From: Bacillota bacterium
GTDB taxonomy: Bacteria; Bacillota; Desulfotomaculia; Desulfotomaculales; Nap2-2B
DNA: 64,000 bases
Assembly: GCA_040755215.1 (NCBI GenBank)
Contig: JBFMBG010000001.1
Location: 41,157 to 105,156, forward strand
Direction of reading: 5' to 3'
Numbering within the stretch: position 1 is the first letter of the stretch; each line of letters begins with the position of its first letter. The notes below the pieces were generated by a model. That model saw only the letters and a list, made by a program, of their open reading frames with translations, ran no database searches and was not told the DNA's origin. Position numbers and translations under genes: made by a program. This document shows positions 25,919 through 35,569 of this stretch, piece by piece.

Positions 25919-27361
25919 TCATTTCTTTCTTCCAGGCATACTCTTAAGCTCATAAATTCTATCCTGTACCTGGCGGGTGAACTGGGGGTTCCCTCCCTTT
26001 TGCATAACGGCGCGCCGCAGAAAACGCAGCCCTTCTTCCCGGTTCCCCAGCCGGGAATGCAATTCTCCGATCAAATAGGCAATCTGCTGCTCCTGTTCAG
26101 GGGTCAGGGTTTTCATAGAGGCGAAGTAAGCCCGCTCAAACAGCTCGAGGGCGTTCTTGCGCGCCCGGGCGGCCTTATCCGGGTCGCCGGCATCGTCATT
26201 CAGCCAGGCCAGCCGCAGCCAGATCCTGGCCATTTGAGCGGGGTCGGCGTTTATCTGCGCAAGGTTATCCAGGATGAGCAGGCAGCCCTTAATCGCCCTT
26301 GCCCTTTCCCCCTCTTTGCCCAGTTCACCAAATTTCCGGCGGCGGGCGGGCGCATTTTCTTGCAAAGCCGCCTTCTGGCGCGGGGTAAGCCGGTCAAAGG
26401 ACTCGGGCAAACCGGCGTAATAACAATGCGGACAGATCCAGACGCTGTATAACAGCGGCTCAAAATTGGCGTAATGATTGCGCAGCTCCGCGTCCTGGCG
26501 AACGAGCTTCAATTTATGCGCCAGAAACGCCGCTGTCGAAAAGGTAAGCTGGCAAACCGGGCAGGTAATTTTTTTACTGTACAAAATTCTGCCCGCATCG
26601 GCCGGCGCGGCCTCGGGCGCGGACGGCGGCACAGACGCCGGCGGGCCTTCCCCGGAAGCGGTCCCTTGAAAACCCGAAACAGGTGGGAGAAGAAATTCAG
26701 CAAGGAAATTATCCGAAATGCCCGCCTCACTTCCTGCCCTGCCTATCCCGCCAGTTTTTTCTATCCTGCTCTCCTTACCCGCTTTACCCGTGCCTTCCGA
26801 ACCGGCTTGCCGGGCGGCGATGCCTGCAGAAGCGGCCGCTTTACCCACCTGACCCGCGTTGTCCGAACCGGATTCCGGCCCGGCGGATCTCGCGGCCGGC
26901 GGACCAACAGCTCCGGCAGCGACCCCGGCTTCGGCGGATCCAACCCCGGCGGCAACAACATTGAAGTCGGGCATTGCGTTTGCCTGACCATCACCCGCCC
27001 GGCTTCTTAATTCCTGCTTCAGCCGGCGAATCTCCGCGCTCATTTTTTTCATAATCCGCAGCGCCAGCGCGGGTTCCGCACTGATTACATCTTTGCAATT
27101 ATCTTCCGTCAAAACCAGCAAAACAGAATCCTCCGCCGCCCTGGCCGTAGCGTCGCGCGGCAATTTATCCAGGAACGCCTTCTCGCCGAAGATATCACCG
27201 GAAGCCAAAACGGCCGGCTCCCCACCGCCGCCGGTGATTTCCACCCTGCCCTGCAAAATCACGTACATTTCCGCCCCGGGCTCCCCTTCCCGGCAGATTA
27301 CTTCCCCGGCGGCGTATTTGCGCAAAAAACCGGCTTTCGCCAGGTTAGTCACATCAATCAT
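25919..27361 (-). CDS. cNMP-binding domain + low-complexity linker + DUF2225-like Zn-ribbon/TPR domain protein
   Basis: FGE..PR.ATA phosphate-binding cassette; CPVC..F and P..Y.V..CPHCYYA; LAWL, YLIGEL. Confidence 0.82.
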   Translation of the reverse strand: MIDVTNLAKAGFLRKYAAGEVICREGEPGAEMYVILQGRVEITGGGGEPAVLASGDIFGEKAFLDKLPRDATARAAEDSVLLVLTEDNCKDVISAEPALALRIMKKMSAEIRRLKQELRSRAGDGQANAMPDFNVVAAGVGSAEAGVAAGAVGPPAARSAGPESGSDNAGQVGKAAASAGIAARQAGSEGTGKAGKESRIEKTGGIGRAGSEAGISDNFLAEFLLPPVSGFQGTASGEGPPASVPPSAPEAAPADAGRILYSKKITCPVCQLTFSTAAFLAHKLKLVRQDAELRNHYANFEPLLYSVWICPHCYYAGLPESFDRLTPRQKAALQENAPARRRKFGELGKEGERARAIKGCLLILDNLAQINADPAQMARIWLRLAWLNDDAGDPDKAARARKNALELFERAYFASMKTLTPEQEQQIAYLIGELHSRLGNREEGLRFLRRAVMQKGGNPQFTRQVQDRIYELKSMPGRKK

Positions 27362-27402
27362 CCGGGCTGCTCCCTTTTTAAAATTTAGAACTACAGAAAA
27401 AA

Positions 27403-27984
27403 TTACTGTGACCCGAAAACATCCCGCGCTTTAATTTCCAGGCCGGGCAGAACAGTGGAAGCGACGCATTCTTCATCTTCTTCCTCGTACACCCCGGTGC
27501 GCTGCCAGTCTTTTTCGCCGGGCACAAAAATTTCCAGCAACCGTTCCTGCGGGTCCACCAGCCAATACTCCCTGACCCCGCTCAGGAAATAACGCCGGCT
27601 TTTCTTTCCGCGGTCCCGCCGGATCGTCGCCGGGGAAAGAACCTCCACCACCAGGTCCGGGGCGCCGTTTATCCGTGCTTCTTCAATAATGCCAAGCCGA
27701 TCATTGCTGATAAAGATTACGTCCGGCTGAAATGTATTCTTTTTCGCCGGTTCGTCTAACACCACGTCGAGCGGAGCAATGAAAACTTTTCCGGAGCCGG
27801 CTTTTTGGACATAAAGACTGAAAAGCAGAAAAATATTCCCGGCGACAAACTGGTGGCGTGTACCCGGTGACGGCGTCAAGAACAATTCCCCCTCGATCAG
27901 TTCGTAGCGGTTGCCATCGTCTATTTTTAAATAGTCATCGTAAGTGTAGAACTTTTTGACCTCTTGAGCAGCCGGCACAGTCAT
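27403..27984 (-). CDS. Uma2-family (PD-(D/E)XK) endonuclease-like protein
   Basis: RYELIEG, QPDV, GAPDLVVEVLSP, GVREYWLVDP. Confidence 0.92.
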   Translation of the reverse strand: MTVPAAQEVKKFYTYDDYLKIDDGNRYELIEGELFLTPSPGTRHQFVAGNIFLLFSLYVQKAGSGKVFIAPLDVVLDEPAKKNTFQPDVIFISNDRLGIIEEARINGAPDLVVEVLSPATIRRDRGKKSRRYFLSGVREYWLVDPQERLLEIFVPGEKDWQRTGVYEEEDEECVASTVLPGLEIKARDVFGSQ

Positions 27985-28083
27985 GGTTAAATTCCCCTTC
28001 AATTACCTTTGTGGATTCTTTCTCTAATTTTATAATATAATTCTTGCAAAAGGAAGCAGGGCGCGGGGAAAATTCGTGGCCGA

Positions 28084-28112
28084 TTGCCGCGGGAAAGGGG
28101 AAATGGTATAAT
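28084..28112 (+). promoter_or_regulatory. SigA extended -10 promoter of the second mnt-hepn pair
   Basis: TTGCCG-N17-TATAAT with TGn. Confidence 0.65.
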
Positions 28113-28146
28113 AGGACCAGAAGCTGGAAATGTGAAGACCAGGGGC

Positions 28147-28602
28147 ATGAGCATGAGCAGGCAGCGAAGAAAAAAATTTTTACTTCCGGAAGAACAGAAA
28201 AAACTGGTGATCACCCGGCTTACCGGGTTAATGACAAAAGAAACGCCGGAAATTGTTTTCGCTTTTCTTCACGGTTCCTTTCTAGAACAGGGCTCTTTTG
28301 GAGACCTTGACCTGGCGGTGTTCGTTGACCCTTCCTGCCCGGCAGCCGGGAAAAAAACGCTGGAATATGAGCTAAAAACGGAAATGCATCTGGAAGAAAC
28401 CGCCGGTTTTCCGGTAGATGTCCGGGTTTTAAACCGGGCCCCCATACCGTTTCGTTACAATGTGCTAAAAAACGGGCGCCTGCTTTTTTGCCGGAATGAA
28501 GAACTTTACGCCGGCTTTTTATCCCACACCCTGGTTTCCTACTTTGATTTTGCCCCTTACCGCAAACAATACATAAAAGAGGTGCTGGGTCTTGAAGTTT
28601 AA
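28147..28602 (+). CDS. mntA: Minimal nucleotidyltransferase antitoxin
   Basis: FAFLHGS..DLDLAV, VDVRVLNRAP. Confidence 0.88.
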   Translation: MSMSRQRRKKFLLPEEQKKLVITRLTGLMTKETPEIVFAFLHGSFLEQGSFGDLDLAVFVDPSCPAAGKKTLEYELKTEMHLEETAGFPVDVRVLNRAPIPFRYNVLKNGRLLFCRNEELYAGFLSHTLVSYFDFAPYRKQYIKEVLGLEV

Positions 28603-29074
28603 CGGCGATAGAATGCACTCCCTTCTGTCTGAATACCTGCAGGCAGTAAAAAGACTGGAAGAGTTGGCCGCTTTAAAAGAGGAAGAATTCCTGGCCGATC
28701 ACCACAAAATCGCCAGCGCCAAATACCACCTGGTAATTTGCATCGAAGCGGCAATCGATCTGAGCAATCACCTGATTGCCAAAAACCGGTTACGCGTTCC
28801 GGAAGATTATGCCGACACCTTCCGGATCATGGGCGAAAACGGTCTTTTCCCCCAGGATTTCGTGCCTAAACTGATCGCCATGGCCGGCTTTCGAAACAGG
28901 TTGGTGCATCGCTACTGGGATGTAGACAATAAAAAGGTTTTTTCTATTCTGCAAGAAAATTTACCTGACTTGCACCAGTTTATCAACGAACTCAAGGCCC
29001 GCCTTCCGATTGTACTTAAAGACGCCAGGCCGTTACCAAAGGCTAGTCAAGACAAGGAAAAGAAAGGGAACTAA
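28592..29074 (+). CDS. hepT: HEPN (DUF86) ribonuclease toxin
   Basis: MAGFRNRLVHRY. Confidence 0.88.
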   Translation: MKFNGDRMHSLLSEYLQAVKRLEELAALKEEEFLADHHKIASAKYHLVICIEAAIDLSNHLIAKNRLRVPEDYADTFRIMGENGLFPQDFVPKLIAMAGFRNRLVHRYWDVDNKKVFSILQENLPDLHQFINELKARLPIVLKDARPLPKASQDKEKKGN

Positions 29075-29125
29075 AACGCCGCCCAACATTTTACCCCTCA
29101 ATCAGATATCGATCTCCTCGAACAA

Positions 29126-30358
29126 TCAGCCGCGCCGCGCCCAGGAAATTACCTTGTATACCGCGGCAATGACGTCGGCCGCGTCCCGGTCGCTCATGGC
29201 CGGGAAAAGCGGCAGGGTGATGATGCGCTCGTACAATTCCTCGGCGCAGGGGCAGTAAAAGCCTTCCAGGGTACAGCTGTCCGGGTCCCCCAGCCAGCGG
29301 TAAAACGGGTGGCGGTACACCGGCAGATAGTGGACGTGGACGCCGATATTTTCCGCCCGCAGGGCTTCAAAAATTTCCCGGCGGCTTTTGCGGAGCCTTT
29401 CCGGGCGCAGAGCGAGGACGTAAAGGTGCCAGGCGGAATCAGCGTAAGGCGCCTGGTAGGGGACCTCCACCTCGGGGAGGGCGGCGAAGGCCTCGTTGTA
29501 CAGGGCGGCAATCCGCCGCCGGCGCGCCAGAAAGCGGTCGAGCTTTTTCAGCTGGCTCAAGCCCAGGGCGGCCTGGATGTCCGTTAAGCGGTAGTTGTAC
29601 CCCAGATCCTGAACCTCGTAGTACCATGGCCCCTGGTCCTCCACCAGCATTTCGCGCTCCCGGACGATCCCGTGGTTGCGGAAAAGCAAAAGCCATTGGA
29701 AGAGCTCCGCGTCGTTGGTGGTGACCATCCCGCCCTCGCCGGTGGTGATGTGCTTGACCGGGTGAAAACTGAAAACGGTCAGGTCGCTCAAGCCTCCGAT
29801 GGGGCGCCCTTTGTACGCCGCGCCCAGGGCGTGGGCGGCGTCTTCGATGACCACAAGGTTGTGGCGGCGAGCAATCTCGTGGATGGGGTTCAGGTCGCAG
29901 GGCTGGCCGGTGAAGTGCACCGGGACGATCGCTTTCGTTTGGGGAGTGATTTTTTTCTCTATCTCCTTTGGAGAGATGTTGTAAGTTTTCGGATCAACGT
30001 CGGCAAATACGGGGCGGGCCCCCAGGAAAAGCGCACAGTTGGCACTGGCCACAAAGGTCAGGGGACTGGTGATCACCTCATCCCCCCGCCCTACCCCGGC
30101 GGCAAAGCAGGCGGCGTGCAGGGCCGCCGTCCCGCTGGAGACGGCCACTGCGTAGGCCGCGCCCACCCGGGCGGCAAATTCCCGCTCAAAGGCGGCCACG
30201 GCCGGTCCGGTAGTCAGCCAGTCGCCCCGCAAAACCTCATTTACCGCGGCGACGTCGTCCTCATCGATCCACTGCCGGGCATAGGGCAGAAAATCATCTC
30301 GTACCGGCCGGCCGCCAGCGACGACGGGGAGTTCCTTCCTCCTTAAATCATTGCTCAT
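29126..30358 (-). CDS. pseC: UDP-4-amino-4,6-dideoxy-N-acetyl-beta-L-altrosamine transaminase (DegT family)
   Basis: LPYARQ, LTTGP, EDAAHA, SFHPVKHITTGEGG, VHYLP. Confidence 0.9.
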   Translation of the reverse strand: MSNDLRRKELPVVAGGRPVRDDFLPYARQWIDEDDVAAVNEVLRGDWLTTGPAVAAFEREFAARVGAAYAVAVSSGTAALHAACFAAGVGRGDEVITSPLTFVASANCALFLGARPVFADVDPKTYNISPKEIEKKITPQTKAIVPVHFTGQPCDLNPIHEIARRHNLVVIEDAAHALGAAYKGRPIGGLSDLTVFSFHPVKHITTGEGGMVTTNDAELFQWLLLFRNHGIVREREMLVEDQGPWYYEVQDLGYNYRLTDIQAALGLSQLKKLDRFLARRRRIAALYNEAFAALPEVEVPYQAPYADSAWHLYVLALRPERLRKSRREIFEALRAENIGVHVHYLPVYRHPFYRWLGDPDSCTLEGFYCPCAEELYERIITLPLFPAMSDRDAADVIAAVYKVISWARRG

Positions 30359-30731
30359 CTTTCACCGCCAGGCACAATGAAATGTACTTCATCACTGATA
30401 ATAAATCTCTTTCTATTGACGGCTCGACTTTTTTGCGAGTTCCAAGATGTTTATGATAGGGATAGGTATTGATTTTCTTATGATGGGGAGCATTATCCCA
30501 ACCAATTATTAGATTACCATCAGAAGTAAGCCAGTAATAACTATAACGCAAAAAATCTTTATCTGTTTTAACAGATTCGGCAACCCGTAAAGTGCTGCCA
30601 TCAATAAAAGTAAAAATAGCCTTAACATAATAAGAGGTTTCGGTTTCGCTTATTTCCACGATGGAAATGTCCTTTACTAACTGGCCATACTCAGCAGTGA
30701 CTCTGGCTAACAACTCTGAAACACTCTTCAT
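30348..30731 (-). CDS. DUF6516/TumE-family putative toxin
   Basis: YSYYW..WDNAPHH..T.P.HKH; low GC. Confidence 0.8.
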   Translation of the reverse strand: MKSVSELLARVTAEYGQLVKDISIVEISETETSYYVKAIFTFIDGSTLRVAESVKTDKDFLRYSYYWLTSDGNLIIGWDNAPHHKKINTYPYHKHLGTRKKVEPSIERDLLSVMKYISLCLAVKDEQ

Positions 30732-31051
30732 TTATCTTCACCGAGGAAAAAACTGTAGGTATTCAAAACAGCTTCTGCTTCCTTATATACATCATGCCAA
30801 AAGCCCCACTCCACATAATCTTCATGGTGTTCCAGAGATGCCTCACTGGGAAAATTGTCTTCAAATTGTTCAAAATCACATTTATATTTAGCTTCAAACT
30901 CACCCAACTTACCTCTGGCCTCTTCAAGCCTTTTTTGGATAATGGTCATGCGTAGCTTTACCGAAGTTGCTACACTGGATAAAATAATCTTTCTCTCCTG
31001 CAAAGGAAGCTCGTTTAAAACGTAAGGGACGCGTTCCTCCATCAGATTCAT
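30728..31051 (-). CDS. Putative antitoxin partner of the DUF6516 gene
   Basis: Acidic, FE.KY...F..F and ED..EW pattern; ATGA overlap with the DUF6516 gene. Confidence 0.7.
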   Translation of the reverse strand: MNLMEERVPYVLNELPLQERKIILSSVATSVKLRMTIIQKRLEEARGKLGEFEAKYKCDFEQFEDNFPSEASLEHHEDYVEWGFWHDVYKEAEAVLNTYSFFLGEDK

Positions 31052-31068
31052 ATCTTATCACCTCTAAC

Positions 31069-31275
31069 TTATTCCAGCGAAACTTCTTCCCAGGCCCGCA
31101 GGTAGCTTTGAAAGTCATAATTCAAGAACAATCCGGCCACATCCAGATCTCCGGGAGGCAGCGGGAATTCTTCAACGACGGAACCGAATAAAAAGGCCAG
31201 CCCAATCCCGTGCCGCCAATAATAGGCAACAGGTATGTTGATCTTCCGGAAAACCCTTTCAGGAACCGTCGTCAT
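31069..31275 (-). pseudogene. Truncated minimal nucleotidyltransferase
   Basis: LAFLFGS..DLDVA then a stop at 68 aa. Confidence 0.65.
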
Positions 31276-31327
31276 TTACCTCACCTGCTTTACGGTTGCC
31301 CGCCGGTTGCGCACACTACCCCAAATG

Positions 31328-31774
31328 TTATAGAAAAGAAAGATTAAATCCTGGTACAAAGGGATTCACAAAGGTAACCCCTTCAATACTGCTCCCGGAG
31401 GCAAAATCTTCACTCAAAACGACGGAGATTTGATTAAGTTTGGCCGTAGCCCAAATTTGAGCGTCCCAATATGAAAAACGATACTCTTGAACACCGCGGA
31501 TCGCTTCCAGGACAATAAAGCCGGTCAGCTCCAGGACCGGCCAGGAACGAAGGTAATTTTCCACACTTTTTCTGGCTGAGGCAACATCAAGTGGCACAGC
31601 GATCTTGCGCGTAACGGCCATAACAAATTCAGCCAGGACTTGCACGCTAAGCACGCCGCGACTGCTCGTGGCCAGTTCATCAAGGATTGCAAAAGCCCTT
31701 TCTTGCCTGGCGGCGTCTGCGCTATCGTAGGCGTATACTAAAACGTTGGTATCGACCAGCAATCTAGCGGTCAT
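31328..31774 (-). CDS. vapC: PIN-domain toxin
   Basis: VDTNVLVYA, QVLAEF, SYWDAQI, SED, NPF. Confidence 0.92.
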   Translation of the reverse strand: MTARLLVDTNVLVYAYDSADAARQERAFAILDELATSSRGVLSVQVLAEFVMAVTRKIAVPLDVASARKSVENYLRSWPVLELTGFIVLEAIRGVQEYRFSYWDAQIWATAKLNQISVVLSEDFASGSSIEGVTFVNPFVPGFNLSFL

Positions 31775-32015
31775 AAAGCTCTTCCCGCTTCCAGGTCCGT
31801 TGTCCCGCCGACTTGGGAATAGACTTCATTCTGCCGGTGATAAATTTTCTTTCCGCTTCCCACGCAGTACGATCTTTTTTCGGATTGCCTCCCGCCCTCA
31901 AAAAATCATCCAAAGCACAGCGGACCAGCTCTGCTTCTGTAACACCCAGAGATTTTGCCTTTTTCTTCAAAAGAGTATCATGGTAAGGTTCGAGGTATAC
32001 TTGCTTGCGAATCAT
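31764..32015 (-). CDS. RHH-type antitoxin (VapB-like)
   Basis: MIRKQVYL..GVTEAELVR, C-terminal W.REELY; overlaps vapC. Confidence 0.82.
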   Translation of the reverse strand: MIRKQVYLEPYHDTLLKKKAKSLGVTEAELVRCALDDFLRAGGNPKKDRTAWEAERKFITGRMKSIPKSAGQRTWKREELYDR

Positions 32016-32047
32016 TTTTCTCACCTGAATAAATCATATTATACATC

Positions 32048-32077
32048 ATTATATACACCACGAACTTTTCATGTCAA
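32048..32077 (-). promoter_or_regulatory. SigA promoter of the vapBC-led minus-strand unit
   Basis: TTGACA-N18-TATAAT, with short ATACA(T/C)CA repeats over the -10 region. Confidence 0.65.
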
Positions 32078-32518
32078 TAAATTCTTTGAGGTGGACAGGA
32101 CCCACGTCAAAGTAAATAATATAAACCGGGCCTAATAGGAAAAATTTAACTGGTCAATTTCAGCCAGATGATTTGTAATAGATTTTATGCGGCCGGGTTG
32201 TGTGAGTTGGGCTGGAATAAACAGTTTGCTGTATCGCTTATTGGGACCCAAAGATTGTTTAACTTTTGTTCACAGGTGTTCGGTTAAGCTCGCAATATAC
32301 CAATGACAACCAGAGGTAGTGCTTTATCCCTGGTAATTGAAATCCCTATTTATGGCAATACGACCATTGTCGTAAGCCACCGGTGACTTAACCACATGCG
32401 AAACCCGCCCGGCATAATCCCACAAAAGATACTGCCTTAACCATATACCTGCTCCGCCGGCAACTATCGTTAAGACGCCGCAAGGGATTTCTTTCTGGTT
32501 TGAGCGATAAATAAGGCG

Positions 32519-32547
32519 TTGACATGTTCTTCCGGTGATGTTATACT
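32519..32547 (+). promoter_or_regulatory. SigA promoter of the mazEF-like pair
   Basis: TTGACA-N17-TATACT with extended TG. Confidence 0.75.
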
Positions 32548-32574
32548 GTTTGGTAAGAAAGGCAGGTGTTAAGT

Positions 32575-32838
32575 ATGTCTGTTACCAAGATAACAATCGC
32601 CGTCCCGGAACAGCTTTTCGCCCAGGCCGAAAATATCGCCCGCTCCTTAAATATTACGCGCAGCCAGCTTTATTCCAGAGCATTAGCGCTTTTTATCCGG
32701 GAATATCTCGATCGGGAAATGTCCACGCGCCTGGAGATGGCGTTTGCGGAACCCGCGGATGCAGAAGAAAAGGCCTTCCGGGCCGCAATGCAGCAACAGT
32801 TCAACAATCTGCTGGCCAGGGAGAACGAGCAATGGTAA
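32575..32838 (+). CDS. RHH antitoxin of a MazF/PemK toxin
   Basis: KITIAVPE.L..A..L.ITRSQLY..AL; overlaps the toxin gene. Confidence 0.82.
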   Translation: MSVTKITIAVPEQLFAQAENIARSLNITRSQLYSRALALFIREYLDREMSTRLEMAFAEPADAEEKAFRAAMQQQFNNLLARENEQW

Positions 32839-33197
32839 TTAAGCAGGGGGAGCTTTACTGGTATACTTTCCCGACACCGCAGGGATCAGAACCAATGGGA
32901 CGGCGTCCCGTCCTGGTGATTCAAAATAATATTTGTAACCAAAGCAGGGTCAATACGGTTATCGTGTGTCCTTTGACCACTAATCTCAAGCTGGCCATAG
33001 CTCCGGGAAACATCCTGTTGAATCGTGGAGAAGGAAATTTACCGCGCGAGAGTGTAGTTAATGTTTCCCAGGTTCAAAGCATTGACAAAAGCTGCTTGCA
33101 AGAATACATCGGCGCGCTCTCCTCAGCCCGGATCCAGGAAGTAATCAACGGGCTTTGGCAATGGTTGACGCCCAGGGAGCCGGTTAAGGGAAAGTGA
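32832..33197 (+). CDS. mazF: MazF/PemK endoribonuclease toxin
   Basis: QGELYW, GSEP..RRPVLVIQ, VCPLTTN, SVVNVSQV. Confidence 0.92.
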   Translation: MVIKQGELYWYTFPTPQGSEPMGRRPVLVIQNNICNQSRVNTVIVCPLTTNLKLAIAPGNILLNRGEGNLPRESVVNVSQVQSIDKSCLQEYIGALSSARIQEVINGLWQWLTPREPVKGK

Positions 33198-33436
33198 AAA
33201 TAAAGAAACGGGTGACCAAAAAGGGGAAGGAAATTTCCCCTGCTTCTCTCCAGTCTGCTTACGATTCTGATGCCACTTACCGGCGGAAAGGGAACGAGGA
33301 TCACGTGGGTTACAACTATACGCTTACCGAAACCTGCGCGAAAGAAAATCCAGTCCAGCTCGTTACTGGTCCAAATGAAATGTAGGCGGCAAGTTTTTGG
33401 AAAGGAGCACATGGCCGCTGGCTTTTGACACTTCCT
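33194..33436 (+). pseudogene. DDE transposase internal fragment (IS1182/IS5-like)
   Basis: SLQSAYDSDATYRRK...GY...TETC....VQLVT. Confidence 0.7.
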
Positions 33437-33449
33437 GGCATCTTTCTCT

Positions 33450-34415
33450 TCACAGCAACCCCCGTAGTTCCTCCACCCCCAGCCACTGCTCGTTCTTGTC
33501 GCTGGCATATTCCCATTCCTCCGGCACCGGCCGGCCCGCGCTCCAGTTGCCGGTGGTCCAATAGGGAAAGGCGGGTTTAATTACGTAGAATTTCCCCACA
33601 TCCAGGGTGTTGCGGGCCTCGTCCCTGGAAATAAGCACCTCGTGGATCTTTTCCCCCGGTCGGATGCCGATGTATTTAATCTCACACCCGGGACAGATGG
33701 CCCGGGCCAGGTCGATAATCCGCATGCTGGGGATTTTGGGAACGAACACTTCCCCGCCGTGCATTGTTTCCAGGCAGTGCAGAACGAAACTTATCCCCTG
33801 TTCCAGGGTGATCCAGAAGCGGGTCATGCGCTCGTCAGTGATGGTGAGCACACCCGTTTCTTTTTGCTTCAAAAACAGGGGGATGACGCTGCCCCGGCTG
33901 CCCACCACGTTGCCGTAGCGGACCACGCTGAACCGGGTGCGCCCACCGGCATAGGCGTTGCCCGCCACCACCAGTTTCTCCAGGCAGAGCTTGGTGGCGC
34001 CGTAGAGGTTCACTGGACTCACCGCCTTGTCCGTGCTCAAGGCGACCACCCGCTTGACACCACTGTCGATGGCGGCATCAATGACGTTCTGCGTTCCGAT
34101 GATGTTGGTCTGGACCGCCTCAAAGGGGTTGTATTCCGCCGCAGGAACCTGCTTGAGGGCGGCGGCGTGCACCACATAATCAACCCCGTGAAAAGCCCTG
34201 TAGAGGCGGTCTTTATCTCGCACGTCACCGATAAAATACCTCAGGCAGGGGTATTGATCCCGGCTGAAGGTTTGCTGCATCTCAAACTGTTTCAATTCGT
34301 CGCGGCTGAAAATGATCAACCTTTTGGGTTTAAAATGATTAAGGACAATTTCCACAAACTTTCTGCCGAAGGAACCAGTTCCCCCGGTAACCAGGATGTT
34401 TTTTCCATCGAGCAT
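33450..34415 (-). CDS. pseB: UDP-N-acetylglucosamine 4,6-dehydratase (inverting)
   Basis: TGGTGSFG, SRDELKQ, HAAALKQVP, STDKA, LYGATK, RYGNVVGSRGS, MTRFWI. Confidence 0.95.
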   Translation of the reverse strand: MLDGKNILVTGGTGSFGRKFVEIVLNHFKPKRLIIFSRDELKQFEMQQTFSRDQYPCLRYFIGDVRDKDRLYRAFHGVDYVVHAAALKQVPAAEYNPFEAVQTNIIGTQNVIDAAIDSGVKRVVALSTDKAVSPVNLYGATKLCLEKLVVAGNAYAGGRTRFSVVRYGNVVGSRGSVIPLFLKQKETGVLTITDERMTRFWITLEQGISFVLHCLETMHGGEVFVPKIPSMRIIDLARAICPGCEIKYIGIRPGEKIHEVLISRDEARNTLDVGKFYVIKPAFPYWTTGNWSAGRPVPEEWEYASDKNEQWLGVEELRGLL

Positions 34416-34453
34416 TGGTTTACCTTCCTTCAGATGGCGGTATTCCAGTCTAG

Positions 34454-34487
34454 TTAATTAATCGTAAAGCAAGGTGCTTACTTAACC
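34454..34487 (-). promoter_or_regulatory. Putative SigD/FliA promoter of pseB
   Basis: GGTTAAG-N14-TACGATTA; same boxes and spacing upstream of the truncated pseB copy. Confidence 0.5.
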
Positions 34488-35563
34488 TATCCCGATCTTA
34501 GCAATTCCTGGATAGCGTCGGCGCAGCGCACAGGTCCGTAACCATCAAACCGGGCACGGCCGCTTTCACTCATCCTGGTGCGCCGCCCTACATCCCGGGC
34601 CAGGGCAGCGATTTCCGCGGCTATAGCTTCCACAGGCGTTGCCCCGCCCCAGCCCAAATTTACGGCGATCCCCTGCCTGTCCATTTCTTCGGCATTGGGC
34701 CGCTGGTTTTCGGCCAGGATGAAAATGAGGGCGGGCGTACCGGTGGCGGCGGCTTCAATGGCTGTAACCCCCCCGGCGCAGATGACCAGGTCGCTTTCCG
34801 TCAACAGTGGCAGGAGCGTACCGGGTGCAAAGTGAAGGTTGATCCGCCTGTCACTGGCTGCCAGGTCCTCCAGTACCTGTTTATTTCCAAAGCCCGGGCC
34901 CGCCACCACGTTCCATACCGTGCCCACACCGGCCTGTTGCAACGCCTTTAGCACCTTCAGGGTCAGGCCGGGTGGATCGCTCCCCCCCAGGGTGACGAGA
35001 ATATTTTTCACCTCAGGGCGGATTTCCTTTTTGCGGGCGGTGCGGATAGCAGCAGGCAGAAGGGCATACCGGGGGCCGAGTAATAGTTTCGTTTCCGGAA
35101 ACACCGGCCGGTAGGCCAGATACAGGGCAAAAATATTGTGGTTGATCAGGAGATGTGCCGCCGGTGGGGCGGCATTCAGGTCGTCGATCATAACCACCAG
35201 GGGAAAAAGTTTCCGGGCTTCAAGGTGGTAATCCGCAGGAAGGGTATAGCAATCTGTAACCAGAACCCGGGCTCCGGTGGCTTCGGCTGCCTTATGTAAT
35301 AATGCCAGTTCCCGGGGTGGTTCCAGTATTGTTTCGTATTCTTCAGGCCAGTTTCCTAATATCTCCCCCCTTGCTGCCGCAATGCGGGCTCTGGCGTTAT
35401 GATCGAGGTTTCCGGCAAAGTAAATGGCCCAACCACGATTAAGGCATTCTGCAGCCAGATTCAAGCAGCGGGAAAGGTGTCCCAATCCTGTTTTCCAGTT
35501 GGCGTCCAGGCGGAAAAGAACAGCAACATTTTTTACATCAGGGATTATTTTTTTCTGGCTCAT
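34487..35563 (-). CDS. pseG: UDP-sugar hydrolase PseG/SpsG
   Basis: FRLDA...GLGHLSRC, D.Y, IDD, LLGPRYALL, TLGGSD, AENQ. Confidence 0.88.
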   Translation of the reverse strand: MSQKKIIPDVKNVAVLFRLDANWKTGLGHLSRCLNLAAECLNRGWAIYFAGNLDHNARARIAAARGEILGNWPEEYETILEPPRELALLHKAAEATGARVLVTDCYTLPADYHLEARKLFPLVVMIDDLNAAPPAAHLLINHNIFALYLAYRPVFPETKLLLGPRYALLPAAIRTARKKEIRPEVKNILVTLGGSDPPGLTLKVLKALQQAGVGTVWNVVAGPGFGNKQVLEDLAASDRRINLHFAPGTLLPLLTESDLVICAGGVTAIEAAATGTPALIFILAENQRPNAEEMDRQGIAVNLGWGGATPVEAIAAEIAALARDVGRRTRMSESGRARFDGYGPVRCADAIQELLRSG

Positions 35564-35569
35564 GAAAGT

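Noticed and set aside
32135..32520. Possible ncRNA or gene between the divergent vapBC and mazEF promoters
   Set aside because: Only a short minus-strand remnant-like frame; no structure or family I can support
30348..33436. Integron-like cassette array
   Set aside because: No repeated attC-like hairpins, modules lie on both strands, and there is no IntI gene
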